Assembly: GCA_013239625.1 (NCBI GenBank)
Contig: MU054187.1
Coordinates: 18,654,711-18,718,710, forward strand
Reading direction: 5' to 3'
DNA length: 64,000 nt
Source of the DNA: Lama guanicoe
Taxonomy: Eukaryota
Within the stretch, counting starts at the first letter, position 1. Each line of letters begins with the position of its first letter. Of the stretch, positions 62,763-64,000 are shown in pieces. A program made the position numbers and the translations under genes. The notes below the pieces were generated by a model. That model was not told the origin of the DNA. It made no database searches and was given only the letters and a program-made list of their open reading frames with translations.

Positions 62763-64000
62763 AAAAACAATTGGCTTTTCTGATTCATAAACCTGATAAA
62801 CCTCTTCATTTATTCAGGTCTCCTTTAATTTTTTTATAACAGTACCTTATAATATTCATTGTATGGATTTTACACATAATTGCAGGTGATTTAGATCTGG
62901 ATTGAGCTGTGGTAGTTTATATCTTTCAGGGAATTTGACCATTCAATATAAATTGTCTAATTTGTTGGCATTAAGTTGCTCATAATATTCCATTATTATT
63001 TTAACACCTATAAGATTTTTGTTGATATTTCTTTTCTTCCTTGATATTGGTAATCTGTACCTTTTCTTCCTTTTTCTCCTGATCAGTCTGATAGAGGGTT
63101 ATGAATTTCACTCATCTTTGCAGAGAATCAACTTTTGGTTTTATGTTCTTCTTGAGTCTGTTTTCTATTTATTGATTTAAATTCATATCTCTATTTCCTT
63201 TCATCTGCTTTTTTTGGTTAATTTGCTCCTCCACCCGCCTCTCCCCCACCTAGTTCTTAGGGTAGAAGCTTAAATCATTAACTTTAGACTTTCTTCCTTT
63301 CCAACACATTTAATGCCATTAACTTACCTCTAATGATGGTACTTGCTTTCCCCACAAATTTTGATATATTGTATTTTCACTTTCTTTCAGTTTAAACAAT
63401 TTCTCAATTTCCCTTGTGTTCTCTTCTTGAGTTACTTAGAAAGATGTTGCTTTTTTTCCTAATATTTGGGGGATTTTCCAGATAATTTTTTAATTAAAAT
63501 TTCCTTGTGATCTGAAAAGTCTCATTATGATTTCTTTTAAATTTTTCAAGACTTATTTTATAACCATGAATATGTTCTATCTTGGTGAGTGTTTTATGTA
63601 AACATGAAAAGAATGTGCATTTTGCTATTGTTGGTGGAATGTTCTATAAATGCAAATTGTGCCAATTTGATAGAGCCTTTGAAGTCTGCCATATTCTTTC
63701 TGATTTTTTATCCACTTTCTACTTATTACTGAGAATTGAGTGCTGAAATTTCTACTTCTAATTGTGGGTTCTTCTATCTCTCCTTTCAGTTTTAACAGGT
63801 TTGCATCATGTTTTTCAAAGTTCTTTTATCAGGTATATACACATTTAAGATTTTTATGTCTTACGTAATTGAGCTTTTTATCATCATGAAACCTTCCTTT
63901 TATTCCTGGTAATATTCCTCATTCAAAAGCTTATTTTGTCTGAGGTTAAATATTTTTACTTTGTCTACTTTGCCCAATGTTCTTTATTCTTTTGTGTAGA

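Larger units (their letters stand above)
61430..64000 (-). mobile_element. Old, fragmented L1M running off the window edge, with nested MER20 and SINE
   Basis: T-rich reverse ORF2 motifs (TTTGCAAAGATTTTCTC, ATATGGATATCCAGTTTTTCCAGCACCATTT, CAGAGAATCAACTTTTGGTTTTA). Confidence 0.85.

Overview
Mammalian genomic DNA, most likely from a camelid. The evidence is twelve copies of a tRNA-Ala-derived SINE of the camelid Vic-1 type and no recognisable Alu, Bov-tA or CAN SINEs. The only functional gene element I can support is the 5' end of TPD52 on the minus strand: a CpG-island promoter (~20.3-21.2 kb) and a 19-nt first coding exon (MDRGEQ-G, 20744-20726) ending at a GTGAG donor. Bases 1-20725 are therefore intron 1, and 21-64 kb is upstream intergenic DNA. 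That upstream region holds a decayed processed GSTP1 pseudogene (~53.8-54.5 kb), a ~6.6-kb degenerate gamma-like endogenous retrovirus with gag, pol and env remnants and several nested insertions (31.5-38.1 kb), and many L1, L2, MaLR/ERV LTR and DNA-transposon relics. I found no convincing undescribed biological system. The best leads are: (1) a GTG-initiated upstream ORF resembling the human N8L extension of TPD52 but out of frame here; (2) a provirus whose two LTRs do not match, joined across an L1 fragment with no target-site duplication (TSD); (3) a SINE + L1 + unique-sequence chimera inside one TSD; (4) a locally templated insertion inside an L1; (5) a near-perfect 204-bp tandem duplication upstream of the promoter. 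Repeat family names come from my recollection of consensus sequences and need RepeatMasker/Dfam confirmation. Repeat boundaries are approximate unless TSDs are quoted.
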